64,000 nt of DNA from Mustelus asterias (lineage: Eukaryota): the NCBI RefSeq assembly GCF_964213995.1, contig NW_027590164.1, positions 558,001-622,000 of the forward strand. The letters run 5' to 3'. A model generated the notes under the pieces. The model did no database searches. It was not told the DNA's origin and saw only the letters and a list, made by a program, of their open reading frames with translations. This document shows, one piece after another, positions 21,530-34,764 of the stretch; the first letter of the stretch is position 1, and each line of letters begins with the position of its first letter. The position numbers and the translations under genes are program-made.

Positions 21530-22230
21530 GACAAAACTAAAGGCTCTGCATCTAAACACACGTAGCTTTTGAAACACAACTGATGAACTGACAGCAGCAC
21601 AAATATAAGGAAAGAATTATGAGTTGATCGCCATTAGAGAGACATAGAGTGGGGCCTGAATTTGTTCCTATTCATTCATGGGATGTAGGTGTCACTGGCT
21701 CACCCAGCATTTATTGACCACCGGTAATTGCCCCTGAGAAGTCAGTGGTGAGCTAAACATGTGTATGTGACATTCAGGAGGGACAGGAGTCTGGGAAACG
21801 GTGGAAGGGTGTCTCTGTTGATTATTGGCAGTATTAGCACATTAGGGAGGGATGATCTAAGTTCAGGAAACTAGGATGTTTGGAGTGGTTTGGTTTGAGA
21901 TGAGGAAATGGTAAAGGCAAAATTCACTTGTGGGAGTGAGTGATGGACAGGCTTTCTAATTGTAACGACACGGTAGGACAGAGTACAAAGGAAAAGGTAA
22001 TGGCAGTTTGTGGTAAAGCTACGGCAATAATCAAGAGGGATTTTAATCTATTTATAAACTGGGAAAGTCAGCTGGACGAAGGTCATGTAGATGAGTTCAT
22101 AGAATGTTTTGGGGATAGTTTCTGGGAAGAGTACGTTTGAAAGCAGGCTTCACTCGCACTGGTATTATACAACAAGACTGGATTAATTGATGACTTCACA
22201 GTGAAAGCATCTCTAAGTATCAGTGATCTG
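21530..22230 (+). mobile_element. Decayed CR1 LINE endonuclease region
   Basis: Fragments read LHLNTRS, ELIAIRET, RRDR..GNGGRVSLL and IIKRDFN..INW..FIECFGDSFWEEYV. Confidence 0.65.
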
Positions 22231-22860
22231 AATATAAATTGCTGGCTATGGGCCAAGTGCTGGTAGATGTGATTAGATGGGAGTTCAGGTGTTTCTCGTG
22301 TGTTGGTGCAGACTCGATGGGCTGAAGGGCCTCTTCTGCACTCTATGATTCTATGAATGTATTGGAGATGAGGTAATGCTGCTTAAAGAGTTAAAGGTCT
22401 GTTTCAAGAACCATCTTGTGTTTACAAGTTGAGCTCTATTCGTGGAGATACTGAGTGCCCCTGGGGCAGGATTTTGGGAAGTTACTGTTAGTTCAGGAAC
22501 CTCAGGAACATTCACACTTTTACCTGGGGTGATCCCCCAATTGAGGTGGCAAAACTTCCTCATGTATTTCACAGGTAAATCTTTTTCTTTTAAATAAACA
22601 TTGTTATTATTTGCCATTTCAGAGTCCTGTCTTGCCTGATGGTAAACTCTCTTTTGAACTGAAGTGTTTCAGAGTCAGTCTGGAACTGAGTAATTAGGCT
22701 CAAGCAACCAAGTTAAACTGAATCTAAATTTTAATTGTCTGCCCGTTTAAGATTGACAGAGAATCTCGAGATGATGCAAGAAAGATTCACAAGAATGATA
22801 CCAGAACTGAGAGTGCTTTTAAGTTAATGGAGAGACTAAACAGGTTGGGAATGTTTTCGT

Positions 22861-23187
22861 AGAATCATAGAATCCCTACAGTGCAGAAGGAGGCCCATTG
22901 AGTCTGCGGCGACTCTCCGACAATGCATCTACCTCATGCCCTATCCCCATAGCTTCATGTATTCACCCTGCTAATACCCCTAATCTACACATTTTTGGAC
23001 ACTAAGGGGCAATTCACCATGACCAATTCAACTAACCTACACATCTTTGGACTGTGGGAGGAAATTAGAGACCTGGAGGAAACCCACACAGACAAGGGGC
23101 AAATGTGCATATCCCACAGTCACCCAAGGCCTGGGGTTCCTGGTGCTGTGAGGCAGCAATGCTAGCCACTGTCCCACCATGCCACCC
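22861..23187 (-). mobile_element. Older HE1 SINE
   Basis: Diverged reverse copy, agaatcatagaatccc...gccaccc, inserted in a CR1 fragment. Confidence 0.85.
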
Positions 23188-23859
23188 TATTCTCTGGAAA
23201 AGCCAAGGCTGAGTGCTGACCTGATAGAGATTATGAATGTATATGGCAGGATTGAAGTTATCAAGTAATCAAGTACAGGATACAAAATCAGAACTGAAAA
23301 TTCTGGTTATCATTAGGCATGTTTGTCCCATTCAAACTATAAATCTCTGTCCTCTCACACCCACCTTCCTCCCCATTGATTGTTCCACTAATTCATCCTT
23401 TTCTCCTCCTGCTTTCTTTTTCAATTCCCTGCTGCAATTAGACTTTTGAATGGACCTAACATATATTAAATTAATCTTTCTCAACACCCTAGCTATGACT
23501 GTAGCACTACATTCTGCACCTTCTCCTTTCCTTCTCCCCATGTACTCTACGAACGATATGTTTTGTCTTTATAGTGTGCAAGAAGCAATACTTTTCATTG
23601 TATCCCAATACATGTGACAATAATAAATCAAATCAATTCTTCTCCACTTTATGTGCTAACTCTCGGTTTCAATTTCAGACTACCTCTTGCCCTCCCTAGT
23701 GTCTCACCCCAAAATTTCAATCTTTATGCCTGAAGGTGAACTGCTTTGCTAATGGGGCATCAATATATAATCTAGTGACTACCCACATGTGCTTTGTTTC
23801 TGGGTGCAGTCACTCCCGCCTCCACCTTTCATCCCAGTCCCAGGTGTTTGGAGACTGGG

Positions 23860-24137
23860 CTCCAGAGGAGTAATGGCGGCCGGATGCCCCACAATGCCTC
23901 GCGCTGGGGAAATCGCTCAGTAGCCCGGGCTCGAATCTGCGCATGTCCAAGGGAAAGGGGAATCTGCGCATGTGCGGAAATGTTTCTGACCCCTGCTTGA
24001 GGTGTTGACCAATGGAAATTCTTGGAAGACCGGAAGGACTCTGGTCCTCCAGCCAATCAGAGCGCGGTCTTTGTGACAATGCAGGTTGAGCTTCAGACGG
24101 AATCAAACTCCCTCCAAAGAGGCCAAGATCTGTGAGT
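23860..24137 (+). promoter_or_regulatory. ZNF promoter and non-coding exon 1 (donor GTGAGT at 24132)
   Basis: YY1-like aatggcggc, two NRF1-like tgcgcatg, CCAAT x2, ETS ccggaag. Paralogous to 35480-35666 and 56885-57089. Confidence 0.65.
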
Positions 24138-25640
24138 CAAACACTTTCTTTTCTCCCCCTTTCCATTTCTTTTCTCATTCTGGGGGAAATTGGGGACTTG
24201 CAGCAACTGAAGGGTAAGGAAGTGAATCCAGGGAGGCTGCAGACTCTGGAAAGGTTGGCCCAGGTCTCTCGCTCTCTCTGAAAGACATTGACATCCTTTG
24301 CTCCCTCAGCTTGATACATTGATTTGTCTGGCTAAAAGGATGGTCTCGTTCCTAATGTTCACAATTAAAGGGCTGGTTTCTTCAGGAGATAGTTGACATT
24401 TAAGTGGAATATAGTAAGGTTTGGCATGTTTGGATATGTTTGGTGTAATCTGGTGTAAATTTATGATTCTTTGTGGGACAGTAATTTTATATAGCTCAGT
24501 GTTATGTCTAGTTTTGTTGTTAGGTACATATTAGATATATTATTTATGGTTCTGTGATAAATTTCATTTATTGTTATTTCAAATTTGTAATATAGCACTG
24601 TGGTGACATACCTTTCCAGACATTGATTAATTACAGCACAGAAGATGTTCATTCGAGTCCGTGCTGACTCTCTGTCGAGCAATCCAGCCAGTCCCATTCT
24701 CCCGCTGTACCCTTGTATCTCTGCAAGATTATTTCCTTCAGTTGTCCATCCAGTTGAGCTTGAAATCTTGGATCATCTCTAATTCCAGCATTCTCATAAG
24801 CAGCGAGTTTGTGTTTGTGAACACTCAGCACCTTAATGAAGTTCTTACTGACATGGTCATGAAGCTCTGAGCAAGTAATACAGCAGTGTTTATTCAACAC
24901 ATGTTTTCCTCCAGAATCTGTACCTATGGGTTGTGTTTGTATTGAGTCTGGCAGTCTGCATCAAGGTTTTCAGGTCTCCAGGTCAGGAAGCAGTGAGTAG
25001 GGGTCGGCCACTCAGCATCAATCAGCACCTTCAGGAGAATTGTGAGGGTGTATATTAGATACAGCAGAGTGAGAGCAGAGGGAATATGTGAGATTGAGGT
25101 TTACAACTTTTGGTGAACAAAATAGGAATGAATGTTCAACTGAAACTAGAATCGTGTGTTCTGAATTTCTCTGCTGTACTGACAGTGCTGACTTTTCTAA
25201 ATTCCTTTTACAGGTTTTGAGAAGGAGAAGATTTGCGATAGAAATCTGAAACCAAACGTCACACCGAGACCTGACACATTCACTCGATTCAAAAGGACCT
25301 GAATATCATCGCTCTTTCAGTCTCGAATTGAGTTGAAGTATGTACAGATGGAGGGCGTTGATTGGATCATTATATGAGTGTGTATGAAAAAAGCGTGTAT
25401 AAAGAAATGGTGTTCTGTCTGCGTCAAAAGGTTTAAATATGTGACTGGAAAAGCATCAAGACACACAGATCTGAGTGAGAGTGTACCAGCGAACTGACTG
25501 TGGAAAGACCATTAACCAATTACACACCCTGAAATAAATATCACACCATTCACAGGGAGGAGAAACCATACTCGCTTTGTGTGTGTGGACAAGGCTTCAA
25601 TTGATCATCAAACCTGGAGAGACACAAGGACACCCGCACC

Positions 25641-26270
25641 ATGGAGAAACCGTGGAAATCTGGGGACTGTGGGAAAGGATTCAAAGCTCCATCTCAACTG
25701 GAAATTCACCGACACATCCACACTGGGAAAAGACCTTTTATCTGCTTTGAGTGTGGGAAGAGATTCACTCAGTCATCGCACCTGCAGACACACAAGCGAG
25801 TTCATAGTGGGGAGAGGCCATTCACCTGCACTGAGTGTGGGAAGGGATTCAAGGATTCATCTACCCTGCGGACACACCAGCGAGTTCACACCAGGGAGAG
25901 ACCATTCACCTGTGCTGAGTGTGGGAAAGGATTCACTCAGTTATCCAACTTGCTGACACACCAGCGAATCCACACTGGAGAGAGACCATTCATCTGCTCT
26001 GAGTGTGGGAAAGCGTTCACTGAGTCATCCTGTCTGCTGACACATCAACGCAGCCACACCAGGAAGAGGCTGTTCACCTGCGCTGAGTGTGGGAAGGGAT
26101 TCACACGGTCACCTCATCTGCTGACACACCAGCGAGTTCACACTGGGGAGAGGCCATTCACTTGCTCCGTATGTGGGAAGGGATTCACTCAGTCATCCAA
26201 CCTGCTGACACACCAGCGAGTTCACAGCAGGAAGAACCCATTCACCTGCTCCAAGAGAAGGATTCATTGA
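25641..26270 (+). CDS. C2H2 ZNF, 6 intact fingers plus 1 degenerate, decayed tail to about 26485
   Basis: 209-aa ORF from gcaccATGG. First finger has Cys->Ser (KSGDC). Further out-of-frame fingers at 26270-26485. Acceptor at 25213. Confidence 0.72.
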   Translation: MEKPWKSGDCGKGFKAPSQLEIHRHIHTGKRPFICFECGKRFTQSSHLQTHKRVHSGERPFTCTECGKGFKDSSTLRTHQRVHTRERPFTCAECGKGFTQLSNLLTHQRIHTGERPFICSECGKAFTESSCLLTHQRSHTRKRLFTCAECGKGFTRSPHLLTHQRVHTGERPFTCSVCGKGFTQSSNLLTHQRVHSRKNPFTCSKRRIH

Positions 26271-26493
26271 GTCATCCAGTCTGCTAAAACACCAATGTGG
26301 TCGCACTGGGGAAAGACCTTTGATATGTTTTGTGCATGAGAAGAGATTCACTGATTCATCCAACCTGCTGAGACACCAGCAAGTCCACATTGAGGAGAGG
26401 CCATTCCCCTGCCCTGAGTTTAGGGAACGTCATCAGTCATCCAACTTGCTGACACACCAACAAGTTCACACCGATTAGAGACCTTTTCTTTTT

Positions 26494-26768
26494 AATCACA
26501 GAATTCCTACAGTGCAGAAGGAGGTCACTCGGCCCATTGAGTCTGCACCGACCACAATCCCAACCAGGCCCCACTCCAGTAAACCTACACATTTACCCTG
26601 CTAATCCCCCTGACACTAAGGGGCAATTTAGCATGGACAAGCAACCTAACCGGCACATCTTTAGAAGGTGGGAGGAAACCGGAGCACCCGGAGGAAACCC
26701 ACACAGACACGAGGAGAACATGCAAACTCCACACAGTCACCCGAGGCTGGAATTGAACCCGGATTCCT
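26494..26768 (-). mobile_element. HE1 SINE, 5'-truncated
   Basis: Reverse V-domain core and tail. Absent at the homologous site near 38915. Confidence 0.85.
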
Positions 26769-26782
26769 GCCCTGACTATGGG

Positions 26783-28420
26783 TGTTAATTGAATCAATTG
26801 AGTTTAAGAATGTACAGATGGAGGGCTTTGATCAAATAATTATATGAGTATGTTTGAAGAAAGTATGTATAAAGAGTTGGGAGTTAAATCTATTCCAAGT
26901 AAAGATTGGTTCCAGTTTCTTCCTTCACCATAAGGCTGTTAGGATTATAACATGGTAACAGAGAATGTTTGTCCAATGGTGAAGTTTGGAAACTGGAGGA
27001 AAGTATATTTCAGACAGAAGTTTACAGTCCCAGCAGCTTTTGTGTGAGATGAAAGCCAGTGGGAATTGTCAGGGTCTGATTACCCGCCGATGTTCTCGGA
27101 GCCTGAACCATACGACCAGTGGAAGAATGAAGTGGAGATGTGGACATGGGTTACATCCCTAACAATGAGAAAACAAGGTCTGGCCTTGGCATTGCCACTG
27201 TCTAACGAAAGGAAAATTGGCAGCAAAACATTTTCTGAGCTGGAAATCCACTGATCAAGGTTTGGATCTTTTACTCGGTTTCATTGATGAGATTTACAAG
27301 AAAGATGATCTGATGGGTGCCTGTGAAGCATAGTCAGACTTTGTCAAGTTTTGAATGAGGGTGTAAGTATATTTAGCAGATCTGGATATCACAAAAAAGA
27401 CAGGATTGGAAAAGCACTAATAGGTGAATGAATCTCAGGAATGACGGGGAAACAGATACCGTGAAATTCCCCTGGTCGTCGCAGTCCGGCGCCTGTTCGG
27501 GTCAATGCACCTAACCAGCACGTCTATCAGAACGTGGGAGGAAACCGGAGCACCCGGAGGAAACCCACTCAGACATGGGGAGAACATGCAAACTCCACAG
27601 AGACAGTGACCCAAGCCGGGAATCGAACCCGGGTCCCTGGCACTGAGGCAAAAGTGCTAACCAGTGTGCTACCCTTCCGTCCCAGAGATAAAGACCGTAA
27701 CCAGTCTTAAAGCTACGCAAACAATTTTCTTATCCTTGTTAAAGATTAAAAATCCCGCAAAAAGATGCAGGAGAGTTGATGAAGAGTATCTGAGGCTCAG
27801 AGAACAGACTAATGCAAAGTGTGGAATGTGTGAAAAGTATTGAAGGATGCTGTCACATCCGATTGTAAAGCTGCCCTTGGCACATGACCTTAACGAGGTA
27901 TTTACGTGGATCGAAAGGTATGAGACAAAGACAGAAATATTTTCATTCTACACATGATCGACAGGGTGATCCAATTTAGTCTTTCTCCAATAATACATGG
28001 CAAGGACAAAAGGATGATTCTAGACCAAGTGATGGAGAAGTGGACAGGGACTGGACCTGGGGCACCAGCTAAGTTTCTGACTGATAATGGAGGGGAATTT
28101 GTTAATGATGAGTTTGGAGAAGTGTGAAAACATGAACATTCTGGTCATGAACACGGCAGCTGAAAGTCCTTTCAGTGATGGACTCTGTGAAAGGAATCAC
28201 ACGGTGATCGATGAAATGCTGCAGAAAATCTCAGCTGATCAGCCAAACTGCAAGTTGATAACTGCACTGGCCTGGACGATTCAGGGAAAGAATTCACTTC
28301 AGGTGGTTGGAGGGTAGAATCCCTGTTAATTGGTCTATGGGAGAAATCCCAAATTACCCTCTGTGCTGGGCGATCGCCCTCCTGCTTTAGAAGGGACGAC
28401 AATTAGTATAAATTTTATTC
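26783..28420 (+). mobile_element. Copia-type (GalEa-like) LTR retrotransposon relic
   Basis: LTR TGTTA...TAACA at 26783-26952. PBS TGGTAACAGAG at 26953, close to the tRNA-iMet complement TGGTAGCAGAG. gag start YPPMFSEPEPYDQWKNEVEMW. Integrase fragments KFLTDNGGEF and TAAESPFSDGLCERNH. Confidence 0.78.
27459..27683 (-). mobile_element. V-SINE, second subfamily
   Basis: Reverse head and core. Tail matches 3300-3350 and 49200-49260. Confidence 0.8.
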
Positions 28421-28862
28421 ATATTATCAGATTGTTTCATTAAAGTAAGTGCTCGAGCTAAGAAATTATTGTGGATCCTAGAACAGCAGTGTCCTATAAT
28501 GTAATACTTTGTACATTTTGTTTCTTTGATTCATTGTGAAATATGTTGCTGTGTATTGTTCTGATCCTAATCAGGATTGTTAATGTTTAAAGAGAAACTC
28601 AAATACCCAGTGATTAACAAAGAATTGCAACACAAGATTCCACATTTTTAAACAAGAACAAAATTTATACAACAAAATATTAAAAGCCAGCACCATGAAC
28701 ATAGCATAAGTCTTTCAATGATCAGATTATTTCATGAAGAGAATATTAACAACTTATTGTGGTTCTGAGGAGAGGGGTGTCTTTATATGTAATGCTTTGT
28801 ACAAAAGGAGGAAAGTCACATTTTTTCTTCTTTGCTTTGCTCTGAAACATTGTTTGTGTGAA

Positions 28863-29850
28863 TGTTTTGTGATCCCGGTCGGGATAATTAAAATTTAAAG
28901 AAAATTGTGAACACCCAGTGACTAACTAAAAGAATTACATGAAAAGATTTAACATTTTTAAACAAAAACAAACTTTACTGTGGATATAAAACAAAATAAA
29001 ATTTAAGAATACAGCACTCCAAACTGAATACTGTCATCGATAAAGATGGTATAAACCTGTTTTTTAACCTCACCCCAAAAGTTTTTCTTTATACTTAATG
29101 ATATCTTGAAAGTTCAATTATGTTCCTGGGACTCTCAAAGGAATGTCAAAGCTCTGCAGAATTCACTTTAATTTTCCTCACTCTTCCAGCTATTCTCCAG
29201 GCTCCAAGATTTTACGGAGGGCCTTTCCATTAGCTTTTGGCTAAACAATTCTACAATTTTCCTTTGAGACCTCAAAACTGTAGACTCCTCAGTCCAACCG
29301 TGGGCTTCGCTGCTTTCTTGCTGAGGGATTTAAACATTGGCAGCACCCCTGATTCCCAATGACCCAGTGGCTTCTGGTCCCACAGCTGGTTCACAGCTCC
29401 TGGTTCCATAGCTGACGGCCTCCAAGCTAACTGCAGACTGCTTGCTTTCTGTGAGAAACACCCAGAATTCCAACCAGGGCTCACTTATCCCCGTGCTAAC
29501 ACATCTGTTGGGATGTCTGATAGATATTTAGCTTCAAAACTAAACCTTTTTTTCCTGAGGTCTGCATGAAGAATTCCGCTCTCTAACAAAGACAGGGCAC
29601 TCACTGTCAGAACCAAAGTCTCCAGGTCTCCAGCTAAAAGAGCCCAGCTGCCCTTTTACACTTCTCACCCTTCGAGTTTTGACATCTTAAACCAACATTG
29701 GCCACGTCTTGTGAATGTGAATCCCCTTAGGGTGTTTCTGTCAGATTCTCAGTGCAGGTTTTCCATTTACCTTAAGTTTTAAAAAAAGCAATTGTTGAAC
29801 TAACTCATACTTCTAAAACATAGGAATTATGAAATTAGATCTTTGCAACA
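28863..29850. mobile_element. Probable solo LTR; paralogue at 39928-42350
   Basis: Ends consistent with TGTT(G/C)TGA...(C/G)CAACA in both duplicons. No clear TSD. Confidence 0.4.
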
Positions 29851-29916
29851 CCTTCCCCATGAAGAAATGAAAATGTATCATCCTCGTATTATCCCATTTG
29901 AAACATTACAATGTAG

Positions 29917-30028
29917 ACTCGAAAGATTGGCTCTTCTCTCTCCCGATAGATGCTGTCAGACCTGCTGAGATTTGCCAGCATTTTGTGTTTTTGTTTCAGA
30001 TTCCAGCATCCACAGTATTTTGCTTTTA
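29917..30028. mobile_element. Penelope-like family A fragment
   Basis: actcgaaag...cagattccagcatccacagtattttgctttt. Absent from the paralogous position near 42400. Confidence 0.65.
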
Positions 30029-30766
30029 ACAATGTACAACATGCTGTATATCTAAATAGTTGTGATCTTATCAAATGATGAAGCAGGCTCAAAGAGCCAA
30101 ATGGCCAACTCCCGTTCCAAAGTCTAATGTTTAATTACCTTATAACCTGCAATAGACATAATAATCCCCCCATTGTCCACTTCACAGTCACAAGTCCAGC
30201 TTGGTAACAGCACACTGCTGGGTTCCATGTCCAGGAATCTCAGTCCACTGAAGATGGAAATTACTGCTTGCAGTGTTTTCTGAAGTTTTTCTTCTTATAA
30301 TAATTATTGTGCAAAGTTCCTCCTGCAAGAGGAGAGTCCTCATTGCTGTTCATCTGTGAATTTTCAACTTCAGTTTTGAAAACAGTCTGTTCAGAGTGCA
30401 CGTTTTGAACTTTATTTTCTTCCATGTTTGCAGTTTCTCCATTGTTTAAATCCAGAGAGAATATTCCACTCAATTCCACATTGAAATGTCTTCTTCTTGC
30501 TCTGTTGTAGCTGCAGCTTCATTTTTAATTTCATTTCCCAGAATCTCACATTCTGGATGCTCTTTTGGAGAGAGCAAGTTCAAAATGGCTTCTTTTTGTG
30601 TCAACAACTCTTTCCTTCATTGGACAAAATCTTCTTCAGCCAAACTGTTGTTAAAATGCATTTTATGTTCAAGCAAAAATGTTGACCATTCCCATTTGGA
30701 GACGATGTGTTCTCGGGCTTCAGAAACAGAGGAATTGAGAACAAAAGCAGGGAGGTTATGCTGATA

Positions 30767-31650
30767 GTTTCTAAAGCTCTGGGTGAGGCCACAACAGAAC
30801 ACTGAGCTCAGTTCTGGTCACCACACCTTTGGAAGGACGTGAGGGTCCTGGAGAGGGTGCAGAGGAGATTTACCGAAATGGTTCCAGGAATGAGGAATTT
30901 TATCCACAAGGCTAGGCTGGAGAAGCTGGGGTTGTTCTCCTTGGAGAAAAGGAGATGGAGGGGAGATTTGCTCGAGGTGTACAAAATTAAAATAGGATTA
31001 AATAATGTGAGAAGGTAAAGTGATGTGAGTAAGGTAATGTGAGAAGGTGGGGCGGCACGATGGCACAGTGGTTAGCACTGCTGCTTCACAGCTCCAGGGA
31101 CCTGTGTTCGATAACCAGCTTGGGTCACTGTCTGTGTGGAGTTTGCACATTCTCCTCGTGTCTGCGTGGGTTTCCTCCGGGTGCTCCGGTTTCCTCCCAC
31201 AGTCCAAAGAAGTGCGGGTTAGGTTAATTGGTCATGCTAAAATTGCCCCTTAGTGTCCTGAGATGCGTAGGTTAGAGGGATTAGCGGGTAAATGTGTAGG
31301 GATATGGGGGTAGGGCCTGGGTGGGATTGTGGTCGTTGCAGACTCGATGGACCAAATGGCCTCTTTCTGCACTGTAGGGTTTCTGTGATTCTATGATAAA
31401 GCTGTTCCCATTAGCTGATGGTGCAAGGATAAGGATGCAGAGATTTATATATTCTTAGCGAGAGATGCAGGGGGATGTGAGAAAGGGATGTTTTATGCAA
31501 TGAGGGGGAATGAGCTGGAACTCACTGCCTGTGAGGGTGGTGGAAGCAGAGACGATGAACGATTTCACAAGGAAAATGGACGGACACTTGCAGGAAATAG
31601 AATTGAAAGGATAAAGGGATAGAACGGGGCAATGGGACTGACCGGTTTAC
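30767..31650 (+). mobile_element. CR1 LINE 3' fragment interrupted by an HE1 SINE
   Basis: cagttctggtcaccacac...ggagagggtgcagaggagatttacc...agggagatttg. Start shared with 43170-43300. Confidence 0.75.
31049..31396 (+). mobile_element. HE1 SINE, full length
   Basis: ggggcggcacga...ttctgtgattctatga. Confidence 0.92.
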
Positions 31651-32307
31651 CCCATGAGAATAATTCCAGAACTGAGAGCATTTAACCCTCTGAAAACACC
31701 GGTGTTACTTTTCTCTGGAAAACTGAAGACTGATGGAAGTCTTCAAGATTATGAAGGGGTTCAATAATCCAGTACGGATTTAATAAAAAACACCTTTACC
31801 AGCGAGTGGAGAGAATGTAGAACTCACCACCACAGCGAGTGGTTGAGGTGAACAGCATGAATACATTGAAGGGGAAGCTCGATACATGAGGGAGAAAGGA
31901 ATAGAAGGATATGCTGATGGGGGGAGATGAAGAGGGGTGGGTGGAGGCTCATGTGGAGCATAAATACTGACACAGACCAATTGAGCCGACTGGCCTGGCC
32001 CTGTGCTGTAGACTCAATGGAACAGAGACTAATGTATTTATTTTAGATCTACTTGAAGTGATAGGGGAAATAGGATTTACTATCCAGAATAAAATAAATT
32101 TCCTTCATCAGCTTGTGTGGTTCATTTGTGGAAATCTGCTCTCCCAGTCCACTGGAAGCAAAGTTGTGAGAAAGACCAATCCAGCAGAGCTGGACCTTCT
32201 GATCCAGGATCTTCGAACCCTCCCAATTCACCAACTATCAGAATGAACATGGTTCAGTCCTGGGTGTGATTAACAGCAGCAATAACAGCAGAATCCAATC
32301 CCTGTCA

Positions 32308-33066
32308 TCACTTGTGAACTCGCTGGTGGTTGCGCAGGTAGGTTGACCGACTGAATCTCTTCCCACACTCAGAGCAGGTGAATGTCCTCTCCGCAGTGTG
32401 AAGACGCTGGTGTAACTGCCGGCTGGATGAATCAATGAATGCTTTCCCACACTCAGAGCAGGTGGGTGGCCACTCCCCAGTGTGAATCCGCTGGTGTGCC
32501 TTCAGGTAGGATGACCGACTGAATCCCTTTCCACACTCGGAGCAGGTAAACGGCCTCTCTTTGGTGTGAACTCGTTGGTGTATCCGCAGGCTTGATGAGT
32601 CAATGAATGCCTTCCCACACTCAGTACAGGTGAACGGCCTCTCCCCAGTGTGAGTGCGTTGGTGTATCCGCAGGTTGGAGGAGTGAGAGAATCCCTTGCC
32701 GCAATCAGAGCAGGTGAACGGCTTCTCCCCGGTGTGAACTCGCTGATGTGCCTGCAAGTGAGATAACCGACTGAATCCCATCTCACACTCAGAGCAAGTG
32801 AATGGCCTTTCCCCAGTGTGAATTCGCTGGTGTGTCAGCAGATCAGATGAAGTAGTGAAGGTCTTCCCACACTCGGAGCAGGTGAACGGCCTCTCCTTGG
32901 TGTGAACCCGCTGGTGTCTCAGCAGGTGGGATGAATGAGTGAATCCCTTACCACAATCACAGCAGGTGAACGGTCTCTCCCCAGTGTGAGTGCGTCGATG
33001 AATTTCCAGCTGAGACGGGGATTTGAATCCCTTCCCACAATCCCCACATTTCCACGGTTTCTCCAT
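32308..33066 (-). CDS. C2H2 zinc-finger protein, 9 fingers, intact
   Basis: Open frame [10 protein letters not shown]...HQRVHK* from gcaccATGG at 33066. Acceptor at 33396, exon-1 donor at 34743. Confidence 0.88.
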   Translation of the reverse strand: MEKPWKCGDCGKGFKSPSQLEIHRRTHTGERPFTCCDCGKGFTHSSHLLRHQRVHTKERPFTCSECGKTFTTSSDLLTHQRIHTGERPFTCSECEMGFSRLSHLQAHQRVHTGEKPFTCSDCGKGFSHSSNLRIHQRTHTGERPFTCTECGKAFIDSSSLRIHQRVHTKERPFTCSECGKGFSRSSYLKAHQRIHTGEWPPTCSECGKAFIDSSSRQLHQRLHTAERTFTCSECGKRFSRSTYLRNHQRVHK

Positions 33067-33529
33067 GGTGCGGGTGTCCCTGTCTCCAGGTTTGTTGTTC
33101 AGCTGAGGTGGCCACACAAAGCGTCTGTACAATCTCTTCCTGGTGTAAATGGTGATGGTCTTTCAAACTATGTAACTGTCACTGGAACAGTCTCACCCAG
33201 ATGTTTGTGTCTTGCTGCTTTTCCAGTCACACTGATGTTTAAAACTTTCTGAAGCAAAGAGAACAGAAAGACATTTCTCCTTCCAGATTCAAAGGCTAAT
33301 GATATTCAGAGCCTGATAATTGAGTGACTCTGTCAATTCTTCACTTGATGCTTGATTTGAATTTTGTGTCTGCAAATCCTCCCCCTTTGAAGATCCTGTA
33401 AAAGAGGTTTACAAATTTCATCACCGTCAGTTAAGGATAGAATCTACAATTGGCAGTCGTTAATTTCTATGAAGCATTATTTTCTATCTTGTTCCCCGAA
33501 AGCTGTAAATAACTGTCCCACACTCTTGC

Positions 33530-34402
33530 TGCATTACCTGGAGTATTGTGTGGAGCTTTTGTCTCCTTACTAAAGGATGGATACATAAGAACATAAGAAA
33601 TGGGAGCAGGAGTAGGCCATCTAGCCCCTCGAGCCTGCCCCACCATTCAATAAGATCATGGCTGATCTGAAGTGGATCAGTTCCACTTACCCGCCTGATC
33701 CCCATAACCCCTAATTCCCTTACCGATCAGGAATCCATCTATCCGTGATTTAAACATAGTCAACGAGGTAGCCTCCACCACTTCAGCGGGCAGAGAATTC
33801 CAGAGATTCACCACCCTTTGAGAGAAGAAGTTCCTCCTCAACTCTGTCCTGAACTGACCCCCCCTTTATTTTGAGGCTGTGCCCTCTAGTTCTAGCTTCC
33901 TTTCTAAGTGGAAAGAATCTCTCCACCTCTACCCTATCCAGCCCCTTCATTATCTTATAGGTCTCTATAAGATCCCCCCTCAGCCTTCTAAATTCCAACG
34001 AGTACACTTGCAATAGAGGGAGTGGAGCAAGGGTTCATTTGACAAATCCCTGGAAGGATGGGAGTTTCCTAGGAGGAGACTGGGCCTCTATTCTCTCAAA
34101 GTTTCGAAGAATGAGGGCTGATCTTCTATCACTCAACTGAGTTGAGGAGGAACTTCTTCACACAAAGGGTTGTGAATCTGTGTAATTCCCTGCCCAGTGA
34201 AGCAGTTGAGGCTACCTCATTGAATGTTTTTAAGGCAAGGATAGATACATTTTTGAACGGTAAAGGAATTAAGGGTTATGGGGAGCGGGCGGGTATGTGG
34301 AGCTGAGCCCACAAAAAAATCAGCCACGATCTTATTGAATGGCGGAGCAGGCTCGAGGGGCCAGATGGCCCACTCCTGCTCCTAGTTCTTATGTTCTTAT
34401 AA
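33530..34402. mobile_element. CR1 3' fragments: young minus copy (33586-34007) inside + strand fragments
   Basis: YSLEFRRLRGDLIETYKIMKG and (ttcttatg)n tails in both orientations. Confidence 0.85.
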
Positions 34403-34764
34403 TAACTCCAGATGTATCAATGTTGTTATGATCCTTATGAGTACAATAACCTTAAAATTAACATTCCCAGACAAACCCAGTGCAATAAAGCAAAGAGAAA
34501 GATTTCACCTTCTAATAAATCTTGCAATAATCAAATTAAAATCAACATCAATGAATCATGCATTAACAGACAAACAGTATTTGAATAGACAGGATAAATT
34601 TGTCTTTAAATATCTCAGACAATAAAACAGGTTCCACAAAATCACAAACATTTTCCCCCTCACCATATTTGGCTCTAATTCCAGTTCCAGAGTCCCACAA
34701 CTCTCTGTATTTCCCAGAGGGAGAAAGAAAGTGTTTTCCTCACAGATGTTGCCCAGAGGAGGAG

